DNA from: Escherichia coli
GTDB lineage: Bacteria; Pseudomonadota; Gammaproteobacteria; Enterobacterales; Enterobacteriaceae
DNA: 64,000 nucleotides
NCBI RefSeq assembly: GCF_050920415.1
Contig: NZ_CP169309.1
Reading direction: 5' to 3' (one strand)
Both the position numbers and the translations under genes were made by a program. The notes below the pieces were generated by a model. That model was given only the letters and a program-made list of their open reading frames with translations, searched no databases and had not been told where the DNA came from. Positions 44,396 to 53,577 of this stretch are shown here, piece after piece (position 1 is the stretch's first letter; every line of letters starts with the position of its first letter).

Positions 44396-45077
44396 GCCGC
44401 CATCTCCCTGACCAGTTTTTCCGCCTGCTGGCGAACCTGCGCCAGAAACGCCTCACCACATGCCTCAAGTTCATCGCGCCCGATGTAGCTGATTGCCGGT
44501 CCCTTCCAGGTCTGTCGAAAACAGCAATAGCACCAGCGAAGAAAGCGCCTGTCGGCACCTGCTTCTCATCTTTCGGGATAAACCAGGCAGGCAGTTCAAA
44601 ACCAATACGCCCGCGAATAAAAGCAATATGATCTGCATCTTCCGGCCACCACACTTCGCTGGTGGCAGCTTTGATCAGGAAAACATAGCGCCCGCCTTTA
44701 TCACGCATGGCACTGGCATGTTTCATGATGTAACGCATGCCGGTGATGTATTGCCCCTCATGCTGACTGGCGCGGCTGTATGGGGGATTACCAAAGGCAG
44801 CACCTTTAAGCTCCGCAAGACGTTCTGACCAGTCATGCGCCAGCGCGTTGTCTTCCGCCGTGTAATACGCGGTACATTTGGCGTTATCACCGTCAGTAAA
44901 CAGATCCAGGACAAACGGGCCAAACAGGGTGTTAATTCCCCAGAAAATGTTACCCGGCGTGCGCCACTGATCGCCCACTTCCTTCAGTTCATGGGCTGGT
45001 TTGTTCCGCAGTTCCACCAGCGCCCGGCAATATTTATTACTCATTAAGCCCCCACGTAATTCCCTGACAGATACCAC
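44392..45077 (-). pseudogene. phage Dam-type N6-adenine methyltransferase with an apparent frameshift near 44470
   Basis: ...AAFGNPPYSRAS... (NPPY) in frame A. After ...AIAVFDRP frame A reads Arg/Trp-rich junk across the next gene. A protein-like C-terminus (TWKGPAISYIGRDELEACGEAFLAQVRQQAEKLVREMAA*) sits in another frame ending at 44392. Confidence 0.55.
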
Positions 45078-45532
45078 TCTTCACCCGATGCAGCGCGCTT
45101 GCTACTTTTCCGTAAGCACCGCTCACGACGCGCCAGAAAATTGTTTCGTTCTGGCAGGGAGTGGCTTTCACGGAATGCCGCCATCCACACGGTTGCAGCA
45201 CGACGAAATAAGCCCCTGGACTCCAGTTCTTCCGCCTGGCGGGTCAGGCACAAAATCACCCGTGGATCGTTAGTGCCGACATAGAAATTGCGCACAGGTC
45301 TGGTTTCACGAACTGGTTGTGGTTCCGGCTCCTGCGCTCTCTCAGTCAGGCGTGGGAAATGTCTGCGTGTATCTCCTTCACAACGGTGAGCCACACGCCC
45401 ACTCTGACGTAACTTGCTTGCTGACTGCAGAACGCGCTGTCGTGAGTAACCAGCAAAAGCATCCGCAATGTCTCCGGAAGTACACCCCGGATGGGCTTCA
45501 ATGAATTTCTGAACTTCATTCAAAAGACTCAT
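45044..45532 (-). CDS. PerC-family transcriptional-activator-like protein
   Basis: C-terminal ...AEELESRGLFRRAATVWMAAFRES...RRERCLRK resembles the PerC signature. Confidence 0.45.
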   Translation of the reverse strand: MSLLNEVQKFIEAHPGCTSGDIADAFAGYSRQRVLQSASKLRQSGRVAHRCEGDTRRHFPRLTERAQEPEPQPVRETRPVRNFYVGTNDPRVILCLTRQAEELESRGLFRRAATVWMAAFRESHSLPERNNFLARRERCLRKSSKRAASGEEWYLSGNYVGA

Positions 45533-46353
45533 AATCCCCCCCTGAATCCTGCCGGGATCTGGCTGTAGTCCACGTTGTCGTAACTGGCTTTGAAGTACGG
45601 GTCCTCGCGTCTGGCTGCAGATACCGCAGGAACTTCCCAGGATTCTTCGAAATGACGATCCGGACCAAAGAACGTGACAGCCTGTTTCACAAATTGTGTG
45701 CCGCTGTTACCCATCGCAGATACCCAGCCCGCGTAGCGTTTCACACCTTCCAGCATGGTTTCGGGGTTTACTCCCTCATTCAAACGGGCTTTCCAGGCTT
45801 TGAAGGCTGCAGATTTTGAATTGCCACCAGCACGTTTGGGATATGCCAGCCATGCCTGCTCAAACTCCGGAGAGTATTCCGGTCGGTTTGAACGAACTCG
45901 CACGGACTCATCAACTGATGCACCAACAGCTATTGGTTCATTGACTGGTTCTTTGACTGGTTCAAAAGAGTGACTGGTTCTGGGTGAATCTCCTGCACTA
46001 CCCCCTGGTGCAACTCCTGCACTACCTGGTGAATTTGCTGCACCAGATAGTGAATTATTTGCACTACCCCCTAGTGAATCTCCTGCACCATCCAGATGAA
46101 GGAGATAGATATTACTTGAGTTACCTTTTTCACCTTTCCGGGTGACTTTTTTTACCAGCCCGGACTCACAAAGGGCCGCAATATGATTCATCACAGAACG
46201 TTTGCTAATCTCGCACTGGTCAGCAATATGCTGGTAGCTGGGCCAGCACTCACCCTGATCGCTGGCATTATCAGCCAGCTTGATCAGAACCAGTTTTCGC
46301 AATGGATTACCCACTCGAATTTTCATCGCTTTAACCATCAGCTCCATACTCAT
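45529..46353 (-). CDS. O: replication initiator (lambda O-like, contains ori iterons)
   Basis: N-terminal wHTH replisome-organizer-like region; central low-complexity SANNSLSGAANSPGSAGVAPGGSAGDSP encoded by DNA iterons. Confidence 0.7.
   Translation of the reverse strand: MSMELMVKAMKIRVGNPLRKLVLIKLADNASDQGECWPSYQHIADQCEISKRSVMNHIAALCESGLVKKVTRKGEKGNSSNIYLLHLDGAGDSLGGSANNSLSGAANSPGSAGVAPGGSAGDSPRTSHSFEPVKEPVNEPIAVGASVDESVRVRSNRPEYSPEFEQAWLAYPKRAGGNSKSAAFKAWKARLNEGVNPETMLEGVKRYAGWVSAMGNSGTQFVKQAVTFFGPDRHFEESWEVPAVSAARREDPYFKASYDNVDYSQIPAGFRGGL
45960..46110. repeat. origin iterons inside the O-like gene
   Basis: Repeated cctgcactacc / tgaatctcctgcac units, 4-5 copies. Confidence 0.5.
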
Positions 46354-46574
46354 GCTGCACCTCCGAGATGCTTCATGTTTTTTCCGGAGCGAAAGGCTAT
46401 AAGCGGCATACTGACGCGGTAATTACGGCCCAGCGGTTCACAAATCACCTTCTGACATTCACGGTCAACCAGGCTAACACGTAGAACATGCCCTGCAGGC
46501 GTGGTGTACCACTGACCCGGTCGAGGACAACGGAAAGTCTGATTGGTAAACCGTTTGAAAATATTCCGGATCAT
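46350..46574 (-). CDS. hypothetical protein, ATGA-coupled to the O-like gene
   Basis: 74-aa ORF; overlaps neighbours by 4 nt on both sides. Confidence 0.4.
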   Translation of the reverse strand: MIRNIFKRFTNQTFRCPRPGQWYTTPAGHVLRVSLVDRECQKVICEPLGRNYRVSMPLIAFRSGKNMKHLGGAA

Positions 46575-47722
46575 TTGCGCCCCCTTACCTCGGAAGAGTT
46601 CAGCGACGAATGAATAAGACGGGCAAGAAATGCCGCATCGTTAATTCGGTCATACAGACTTACAGCCAGCGGTGATTCAGCTTTTTCCAGCATGGGATAA
46701 AGCTGCTGCAACCAGACCTGATGAATTGATGAAATGTAGGAATAGAGTACGCTGGCGTTATGTGCAACGTCGCTCGGTACAGCGGGCTTTGAAAGCTGTT
46801 TCTCCATCTGGTTAAAGGCATTGATGTATGCCTCTTTGAACTGGGCAGCACGTTTACCCGTGAAACCCATAGCAAGAAACGCAAAACCGTCGCGGGTTAT
46901 TTGATAGCAAGGTAGTTTGCGGCCTGTGCAATCGGTGTAATCACTCACCGAAAAATTGCGGGCAGTGAATGATGCGGAGCATTCAAGCGTGCGGATCTTT
47001 TTCAGTACATCGTCATGACGTTTGGAGAAGAAGTTGGCAACAGCCAGGGATGAAGTAACAGCCTGACCATCAACGATGGCAATTTCAGGTTGAGTGAGGG
47101 TTGGGATCGTAGCCATGATGGCAGCCTCTTTGGTGATTTTTAATAACTCACCACCAAGGCTTTCCACGACCTTATTGGTGGTGAGACGTACAGGGGTGGA
47201 AATACCGGTCACCAAAGAACCCGGCCCAACCGAAGTTGGCCCTGCACGCCCCACCATAATTTGGGCGTAATGCTGCTCATGACACAAAAAAACCGCAAGA
47301 GCGCGGTTGTGCGCTTTGGTGAATTCCGGGTTTCCACGCCCGGCACCCGCTTTATAAGGTGCCTGAACAGTGTAACGTCCCGGAATGGCAGAATCAATGT
47401 GCTGGTGGTCCTTCACACTCAACAAAATCACGCCTGAATTTCCACAAAGGGCTAAAGCACTCATGCGGGTAGTCTTTGCGAAGATAGATAACGCGCTGTG
47501 TTTCTGGCTCCCAACGAATAACATGAACATAAAGTCCTCTTCCGTCACGAAACCAGCGGTTAAGTTCCTGCACAACTCGCCCCCCACAGTCAGGTAAAGT
47601 TCTCTGTGGTTACTTACAGCCAGGAGATTTGGTAATCTGCATTCATGCCGTAACAACAGGTGTTCAGCGACGCTGACCACCAGCTGTTGCGACAAATGGT
47701 TATTTGCCGTTAAACTGTTCAT
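46571..47722 (-). CDS. Rha-family regulatory protein with ~200-aa N-terminal extension
   Basis: C-terminal ...IAIVDGQAVTSSLAVANFFSKRHDDVLKKIRTL... Rha domain; start ATG overlaps the stop of the CII-like gene (ATGA). Confidence 0.6.
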   Translation of the reverse strand: MNSLTANNHLSQQLVVSVAEHLLLRHECRLPNLLAVSNHRELYLTVGGELCRNLTAGFVTEEDFMFMLFVGSQKHSALSIFAKTTRMSALALCGNSGVILLSVKDHQHIDSAIPGRYTVQAPYKAGAGRGNPEFTKAHNRALAVFLCHEQHYAQIMVGRAGPTSVGPGSLVTGISTPVRLTTNKVVESLGGELLKITKEAAIMATIPTLTQPEIAIVDGQAVTSSLAVANFFSKRHDDVLKKIRTLECSASFTARNFSVSDYTDCTGRKLPCYQITRDGFAFLAMGFTGKRAAQFKEAYINAFNQMEKQLSKPAVPSDVAHNASVLYSYISSIHQVWLQQLYPMLEKAESPLAVSLYDRINDAAFLARLIHSSLNSSEVRGRK

Positions 47723-48282
47723 GCGTTAGTTTCTCCACAGACACAAAACGCCACGACGCCCGGAGCTGCACACTCGCGGGCGTCACTCTTTTCTGGAGCG
47801 CAAAAGATTTTGTAGACCAGTGCTGCATGCTCCTGGAGCTTCGAAATTGACAGATACAACTCATCATTAATTGCTGTCTGCTCGTGTGGCTCCACTACCC
47901 CATCTTCGATTGCCGAACGAATCTGCTTTGAGTAACTCCCGATCTGTTCGATGACTTCCAGCAGGCGCTGGTTTATATCGGCGTTCTCTACTTCCTCAAT
48001 TTCAGGAAGCGATACAAACACCCCACCAGCAGACTGTGCGACAGCATCCGCAATGTAGTGAGTGCCAGCCGCGCGCTGTAAAATCATTGCCCATCCCAGC
48101 GGGAAAATCTGATCGCCATCTGCACGAAGGCGGTTGAATAAAGCGTTCTCTGTTACATCCAGCCACTCAGCAGCTTCAGCGTAACCCCCCGGCAACGCCG
48201 CGATAGTTTTTCTGACAGCTTTCACGTACCACTCAGGCTGTTTTTCTACTTTCCAGTGATGCTTACCCACGGTTAGCCTCAT
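47719..48282 (-). CDS. CII-like regulatory protein (CP76-type)
   Basis: 187 aa, first gene after cro in the rightward operon; weak family recall only. Confidence 0.45.
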   Translation of the reverse strand: MRLTVGKHHWKVEKQPEWYVKAVRKTIAALPGGYAEAAEWLDVTENALFNRLRADGDQIFPLGWAMILQRAAGTHYIADAVAQSAGGVFVSLPEIEEVENADINQRLLEVIEQIGSYSKQIRSAIEDGVVEPHEQTAINDELYLSISKLQEHAALVYKIFCAPEKSDARECAAPGVVAFCVCGETNA

Positions 48283-48313
48283 CGTTCTGTGGTTAAAAAT
48301 TAAAGGTGTTCTG

Positions 48314-48514
48314 TTAATCTTTCGGATAGATATCCGGTCTTAAGTCAGATTTCGTAATTGCACCTGACGTGCATTGCTCAAGTTTTTTAGCCAGCACAAA
48401 ACTGGCTTTTTTATAACCATTGAAAACCAGCCGTAAGTAGCCTGGTGTTGAGCCAACTTTTCCGGCCAACTCGCCCTGCTGTTCTTTGGTTAAAGAGTCC
48501 CAATACGCTTTCAT
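48314..48514 (-). CDS. cro: Cro-like HTH repressor
   Basis: MKAYWDSLTKEQQGELAGKVGSTPGYLRLVFNGYKKASFVLAKKLEQCTSGAI... 66 aa; divergent from cI. Confidence 0.7.
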   Translation of the reverse strand: MKAYWDSLTKEQQGELAGKVGSTPGYLRLVFNGYKKASFVLAKKLEQCTSGAITKSDLRPDIYPKD

Positions 48515-48604
48515 ACAATATGTACCTCTTATATACATATTACATGATTGAAATGAACCTTCAAGATACTTGTACCCTATCGGTACAAAGGTTTTAATTT
48601 CGTT
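48515..48604. promoter_or_regulatory. OR/pR/pRM region with palindromic operators
   Basis: ATGTAcctcttataTACAT and TTGTACCctatcGGTACAA between cro and cI. Confidence 0.55.
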
Positions 48605-49279
48605 ATGAAAACAGTCCATGACATCCGGCGGTCTAACGCCAGAAAACTGAGAGATGGTGTTGGCGGGAATTCTTCCTTTGCCACCATGATTGATCGCGAA
48701 CCAACCCAGACCAGCAGGTTTATGGGAGATGGTGCTACTAAAAATATCGGTGACAGCATGGCACGGCACATCGAAAAATGTTTCGACCTGCCTGTCGGAT
48801 GGCTTGATCAAGAACACCAGACAACGAACATCACAAAAAAACCTGATGTTTCAATCACTAATAAACAAATAACGTTAGTCCCTGTCATATCATGGGTACA
48901 GGCCGGAGCATGGAAAGAAGTTGGCTATTCTGAGGTTGATTTGAGCACAACAGAAACATATCCCTGCCCTGTACCCTGTGGCGAAATGACTTATATATTG
49001 AGGGTGATTGGTGATTCAATGATTGATGAGTACCGTCCGGGGGACATGATTTTTGTCGATCCAGAAGTACCAGCCTGCCACGGCGATGACGTTATTGCAT
49101 TGATGCACGATACAGGTGAAACCACCTTCAAAAGGTTGATAGAAGACGGGACACAGCGTTATCTCAAAGCATTAAACCCCAACTGGCCTGAGCCTTACAT
49201 TAAGATAAACGGTAATTGCTCTATCATTGGTACAGTTATTTTCTCAGGAAAACCAAGAAGATACAAAATTAAAGCCTGA
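48605..49279 (+). CDS. cI: CI repressor (HTH plus S24 LexA-like peptidase domain)
   Basis: C-terminal GDSM...K autocleavage motifs (VIGDSMIDEYRPGDMIFVD...); 224 aa. Confidence 0.85.
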   Translation: MKTVHDIRRSNARKLRDGVGGNSSFATMIDREPTQTSRFMGDGATKNIGDSMARHIEKCFDLPVGWLDQEHQTTNITKKPDVSITNKQITLVPVISWVQAGAWKEVGYSEVDLSTTETYPCPVPCGEMTYILRVIGDSMIDEYRPGDMIFVDPEVPACHGDDVIALMHDTGETTFKRLIEDGTQRYLKALNPNWPEPYIKINGNCSIIGTVIFSGKPRRYKIKA

Positions 49280-49292
49280 TCAATGTCTATGA

Positions 49293-49315
49293 ACCTGCTT
49301 CGGCAGGTTTTTTTA
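49293..49315 (+). terminator. cI terminator
   Basis: acctgcttcggcaggt plus ttttttt. Confidence 0.55.
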
Positions 49316-49365
49316 TACTTGACAATGTACCATTAAGATACATAATGTACCTGCATAAGATATCG
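49316..49365 (+). promoter_or_regulatory. candidate pL/OL
   Basis: ttgaca-17-ataatg, overlapped by ATGTAccattaagaTACAT operator-like palindrome sharing half-sites with OR. Confidence 0.45.
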
Positions 49366-49474
49366 AACAGGCAGGACGCCCACGAAGTAGCCGTCCGGGG
49401 CATACGAAGACCGGAATGGTTCGTAAATAAAAAAGCGCCCAAGTGGACGCTTCACTTTTGAACTGGATTTATAA

Positions 49475-49684
49475 TCAATTATTTTCTTCATAAATGTTTT
49501 GTAATGTATTTATGAGATTTGGTATTTCTTTTATGGGAAAAGAATATATTGGACTTTCGATAATTTTATCAGATTCAAATGGTGGTTGTTTGCAGGACAG
49601 TTGAACTATAACTGAATTATGATCTTTAACTGGCACACAGTACCAACCACATACATCAAAAACAGGAGTATTTTGATTATCCAT
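49475..49684 (-). CDS. hypothetical small protein, low GC, rexAB-position inserted gene
   Basis: MDNQNTPVFDVCGWYCVPVKDHNSVIVQLSCKQPPFESDKIIESPIYSFPIKEIPNLINTLQNIYEENN with gagga RBS; ~30% GC island. Confidence 0.4.
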   Translation of the reverse strand: MDNQNTPVFDVCGWYCVPVKDHNSVIVQLSCKQPPFESDKIIESPIYSFPIKEIPNLINTLQNIYEENN

Positions 49685-49989
49685 TATGTCCTCGACAACT
49701 AAAAACACTGCGTACAAACCTCAAAAGCAGGGAGTTATTTATAAAATTTCATAAAGAATAATTACTGATAGCGACAATTCATTGTTCTTGAATTTTGAAA
49801 AATAGCAAGACAAAACAATGTAAACTTATTTAAGAAAAGTTCTTATTATGTAAACAAAACAACCAATTCGTTATATAGGAAAAACAAATAGTACGCAAGA
49901 AAATATTCAACAGGGGTATTACATTCAACCATAAGAGTAATCGTCTCTTTGGTAACTAATACCGAACATTTTATTGTAACACGTCGTAT

Positions 49990-50510
49990 GGCACATGCGT
50001 CGTTAGCGGTCTGGGGACGTTAAAGGGGACAATCCACTCCTTGCTCGGGCAAACAAACCAGGTAGCCGGAATGTGCAAGTCAATGATGATGCTGATAAGA
50101 CGCCTAACCAGCGTGGCGATCCGGTTTGACGCCTGGGAAGAGACCAGGGTGCAACGATGAGGGCATTTATGGAGCCGCGACAAAGTGTGGTGCCATAACT
50201 GGCTAAGTGCTCTCAGCGTTGTGGTAATCCGCGAAATGGCGCGGCGGTAAGTATGGCGGGGTTACTCTTTCCCCGTTGAGGACACCGGATTGTCAGGTTG
50301 ACCATACGCCTGAGTGACAACCCCACCACAACAGCCACTGCTTTGGCGGTACCAGCTTGTACCCTTGCTTCCGGCTGGTACCGTCCTTTTTACAAAACAG
50401 AGAAGAGCATCACCGGACGACGGGCTCATAACCCAATCCATCCGGGCGGCTGCCACCGCAGGTGTTCTTCTCTGTTTTGTGGAGAAACCAACCGGCCTTG
50501 CAGGGTCGAT
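49990..50510 (+). other. GC-rich structured noncoding leader of the early-left operon (no N gene)
   Basis: No ORF >=60 aa on + strand; hairpins ggtaccagc-16 nt-gctggtacc plus T tract (~50333-50372) and caaaacagagaaga...tcttctctgttttg (~50392-50480). Confidence 0.4.
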
Positions 50511-50528
50511 ATGATGAGGAGCAGCAAA

Positions 50529-50891
50529 ATGGCTAGCGAACGCAGTACTGATGTGCAGGCATTTATCGGGGAGCTGGACGGCGGCGTATTTGAAACCAAA
50601 ATCGGCGCAGTTCTCAGTGAAGTCGCTTCCGGTGTGATGAACACGAAAACCAAAGGTAAGGTCTCACTCAACCTGGAAATCGAACCATTTGATGAGAACC
50701 GTGTGAAAATCAAACACAAACTCTCATATGTTCGCCCGACTAACCGCGGGAAAATTTCCGAAGAAGACACCACCGAAACGCCGATGTATGTCAATCGCGG
50801 TGGTCGCCTGACTATTCTGCAGGAAGACCAGGGACAATTACTGACTCTTGCCGGTGAACCTGACGGAAAACTCCGCGCAGCAGGTCATTAA
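50529..50891 (+). CDS. YfdP-like prophage protein
   Basis: 120 aa MASERSTDVQAFIGELDGGVFETKIG...; aggag RBS; followed by yfdQ/yfdR homologues as in CPS-53. Confidence 0.55.
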   Translation: MASERSTDVQAFIGELDGGVFETKIGAVLSEVASGVMNTKTKGKVSLNLEIEPFDENRVKIKHKLSYVRPTNRGKISEEDTTETPMYVNRGGRLTILQEDQGQLLTLAGEPDGKLRAAGH

Positions 50892-50956
50892 TATCGTTCT
50901 TAATTAACTGATTATTTATCTCATCACTGAATATCTTTATATAGTGAGGACTTATT

Positions 50957-51781
50957 ATGTCTCAGAACTTAGACGCAACCGCAATTAATCAAATCCATGC
51001 CCTTATTTCTGCTCAGGGTGTTAATGAAATTATCAGTAAGATTGGTGCCGATGCTGTGGCATTGCCTGAGAATTTCCGCATTCATGATCTGGAAAAATTT
51101 AATTTAAATCGCTTCCGTTTCCGTGGTGCGCTTTCCACTGCCAGCATCGATGACTTTACCCGTTATTCTAAAGATCTTGCAGATGAAGGCACCCGCTGCT
51201 TTATCGATGCTGATAATATGCGTGCCGTCAGTGTGCTTAACCTGGGTACTATTGATGAACCAGGTCACGCAGATAACACCGCCACTCTCAAACTGAAAAA
51301 GACAGCACCGTTCTCTGCCCTGTTGTATGTTAACGGCGAGCGTAACTCCCAGAAGTCACTGGCAGAATGGATTGAAGACTGGGCCGACTATCTTGTGGGC
51401 TTTGATGCTAATGGTGACACCATTCAGGCAACAAAAGCGGCTGCGGCGGTCCGTAAAATCACGATTGAAGCAAACCAGACCGCTGATTTTGAAGATAATG
51501 ACTTCAGCGGCAAACGCTCCCTGATGGAGTCTGTCGAAGCGAAGACCAAAGACATTATGCCAGTGGCATTTGAATTTAAATGCGTTCCGTTTGAAGGTCT
51601 GAAAGAACGTCCGTTTAAATTACGCCTCAGCATTATCACTGGCGATCGTCCTGTACTGGTTCTGCGCATTATTCAGCTGGAAGCGGTGCAGGAAGATATG
51701 GCTAACGAATTTCGTGATCTGCTTGTTGAGAAATTCAAGGACAGCAAAGTAGAAACCTTTATTGGTACTTTCACCGCCTGA
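50957..51781 (+). CDS. YfdQ-like prophage protein
   Basis: 274 aa [26 protein letters not shown]... Confidence 0.65.
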   Translation: MSQNLDATAINQIHALISAQGVNEIISKIGADAVALPENFRIHDLEKFNLNRFRFRGALSTASIDDFTRYSKDLADEGTRCFIDADNMRAVSVLNLGTIDEPGHADNTATLKLKKTAPFSALLYVNGERNSQKSLAEWIEDWADYLVGFDANGDTIQATKAAAAVRKITIEANQTADFEDNDFSGKRSLMESVEAKTKDIMPVAFEFKCVPFEGLKERPFKLRLSIITGDRPVLVLRIIQLEAVQEDMANEFRDLLVEKFKDSKVETFIGTFTA

Positions 51782-51908
51782 TTTCATTACTGCAAATGCC
51801 CCTGCGGGGGCATTTATGGAAACGTAATTTACTCAATAATCGCCGGATGGTGAGGGATTCTTTTTACCAGAATTCAGCGCGGTGCAGCGCATATACGTGG
51901 AGAACAAA

Positions 51909-52445
51909 ATGTCATTTATCAAAACTTTTTCTGGGAAGCATTTTTATTATGACAGGATAAATAAAGACGACATCGATATTAACGATATCGCGGTTTCCCT
52001 TTCAAATATCTGTCGCTTTGCCGGTCATCTTTCGCACTTCTACAGCGTCGCCCAACATGCGGTTCTTTGCAGCCAGCTGGTGCCGCAGGAATTTGCTTTT
52101 GAAGCGTTAATGCATGATGCAACAGAAGCGTATTGCCAGGACATTCCCGCACCACTGAAACGCCTTCTTCCTGACTATAAACGGATGGAAGAAAAAATAG
52201 ACGCCGTAATCCGTGAGAAATACGGGTTACCCCCGGTTATGAGTACACCCGTGAAATATGCCGATCTCATCATGCTGGCAACCGAACGCCGCGATCTCGG
52301 GCTTGATGATGGCTCTTTCTGGCCTGTACTGGAAGGCATCCCGGCAACAGAGATGTTCAACGTGATTCCACTGGCACCGGGCCATGCCTACGGGATGTTT
52401 ATGGAACGTTTTAACGATTTATCGGAGTTACGCAAATGCGCATGA
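51909..52445 (+). CDS. HD-domain phosphohydrolase (YfdR-like)
   Basis: MSFIKTFSGKHFYYD...HAVLCSQLVPQEFAFEALMHDATEAY... H...HD motif; 178 aa. Confidence 0.75.
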   Translation: MSFIKTFSGKHFYYDRINKDDIDINDIAVSLSNICRFAGHLSHFYSVAQHAVLCSQLVPQEFAFEALMHDATEAYCQDIPAPLKRLLPDYKRMEEKIDAVIREKYGLPPVMSTPVKYADLIMLATERRDLGLDDGSFWPVLEGIPATEMFNVIPLAPGHAYGMFMERFNDLSELRKCA

Positions 52446-52687
52446 ATGTTTTCGAAATGGAAGGGTTTCTTCGCGGGAAATGTGTACCGCGAGATCTGAA
52501 AGTGAACGAAACAAATGCTGAGTACCTGGTACGTAAATTCGACGCGCTTGAAGCTAAATGTGCGGCACTGGAAAACAAAATAATACCAGTGTCAACTGAA
52601 CTGCCACCAGCAAATGAAAGTGTTCTGTTATTTGATGCTAATGGAGAAGGCTGGCTGATTGGCTGGCGTTCTCTCTGGTACACCTAG
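52436..52687 (+). CDS. hypothetical protein
   Basis: 83-aa ORF overlapping the previous stop. Confidence 0.4.
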   Translation: MRMNVFEMEGFLRGKCVPRDLKVNETNAEYLVRKFDALEAKCAALENKIIPVSTELPPANESVLLFDANGEGWLIGWRSLWYT

Positions 52688-52797
52688 GGACAAAAAGAAA
52701 CCGGAGAATGGCAGTGGACATTTCAGGTCGGGGACCTTGAAAACGTCAATATCACTCACTGGGCAGTAGTGCCAAAAGCACCGGAGGCTGGAGCATA

Positions 52798-53577
52798 ATG
52801 ACCACATTTACCAATAAAGAACTGATTAAAGAAATCAAAGAACGAATCAGCAGCCTAGAGGTTCGAGACGATATTGAGCGCCGTGCTTATGAAATTGCTC
52901 TGGCATCGCTAGAAGAGGAGCCGGTGGCGTGGCTGCATTCAGAAAATGGCTTAGGTATTCCGGCAATAACGAGGAGTAAAAACATTGCTGACAGTTGGTT
53001 ATCAAAGGGCTGGTATGTTCAGCCGCTATATATAGCCAAGCCAGTGCCGGTAGTGCCAGATGCTCGTCCGTCTTTAAATAATGGCATAGTCGGTTTTGAT
53101 GAAGGCTGGAACGCCTGCCGCGCCGCCATGCTTCATGGTGCCGAACCTGTAAACCAAACTTACAAGTCACCACACACGCAGTTTGAACAAGTTGCTGACC
53201 TCTACGAAATGCAATTTGATGACGGTCGCACTTGTGCCTTTCACACTGATGCGCAAAAGGCTGCGCAATGGCTTCAGGTGTGCGACGGAAACAGGGTTCA
53301 GGAATACGTTAAGCTGGAACGGCTGCAGAACGCGCTGTCTGGCAACTCTCCGGTAAGTCCAGGTGGTTGGATAAGCTGTAGTGAGCGAATGCCGAATGAT
53401 AAACAGTATGTTTGGTGTTGGGGGAAGTCTTACGGCTGGACTGAGTGCGATACCTTCGAAGGGTATTACGATTGGTCGAGAAACAAATGGTGGGCAGTTA
53501 CTGACAATGAGGAAGAACAGGCATCGAAAGTAACCCACTGGATGCCACTACCGGAGCCGCCGCAGGAGGTGAAGTAA
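52798..53577 (+). CDS. DUF551-domain protein
   Basis: C-terminal ...ISCSERMPNDKQYVWCWGK...THWMPLPEPP DUF551 signature. Confidence 0.6.
   Translation: MTTFTNKELIKEIKERISSLEVRDDIERRAYEIALASLEEEPVAWLHSENGLGIPAITRSKNIADSWLSKGWYVQPLYIAKPVPVVPDARPSLNNGIVGFDEGWNACRAAMLHGAEPVNQTYKSPHTQFEQVADLYEMQFDDGRTCAFHTDAQKAAQWLQVCDGNRVQEYVKLERLQNALSGNSPVSPGGWISCSERMPNDKQYVWCWGKSYGWTECDTFEGYYDWSRNKWWAVTDNEEEQASKVTHWMPLPEPPQEVK

Noticed and set aside
44127-45077. 316-aa ORF overlapping the LexA-like gene
   Set aside because: Only the N-terminal ~200 aa are Dam-like. The rest is Arg/Trp-rich out-of-frame sequence, so it is a frameshift artefact or pseudogene.
49280-50300. Looked for an N antiterminator (Arg-rich ~100-aa ORF) after pL
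   Set aside because: No + strand ORF >=60 aa and no Arg-rich motif peptide was found. Reported as a structured leader instead.
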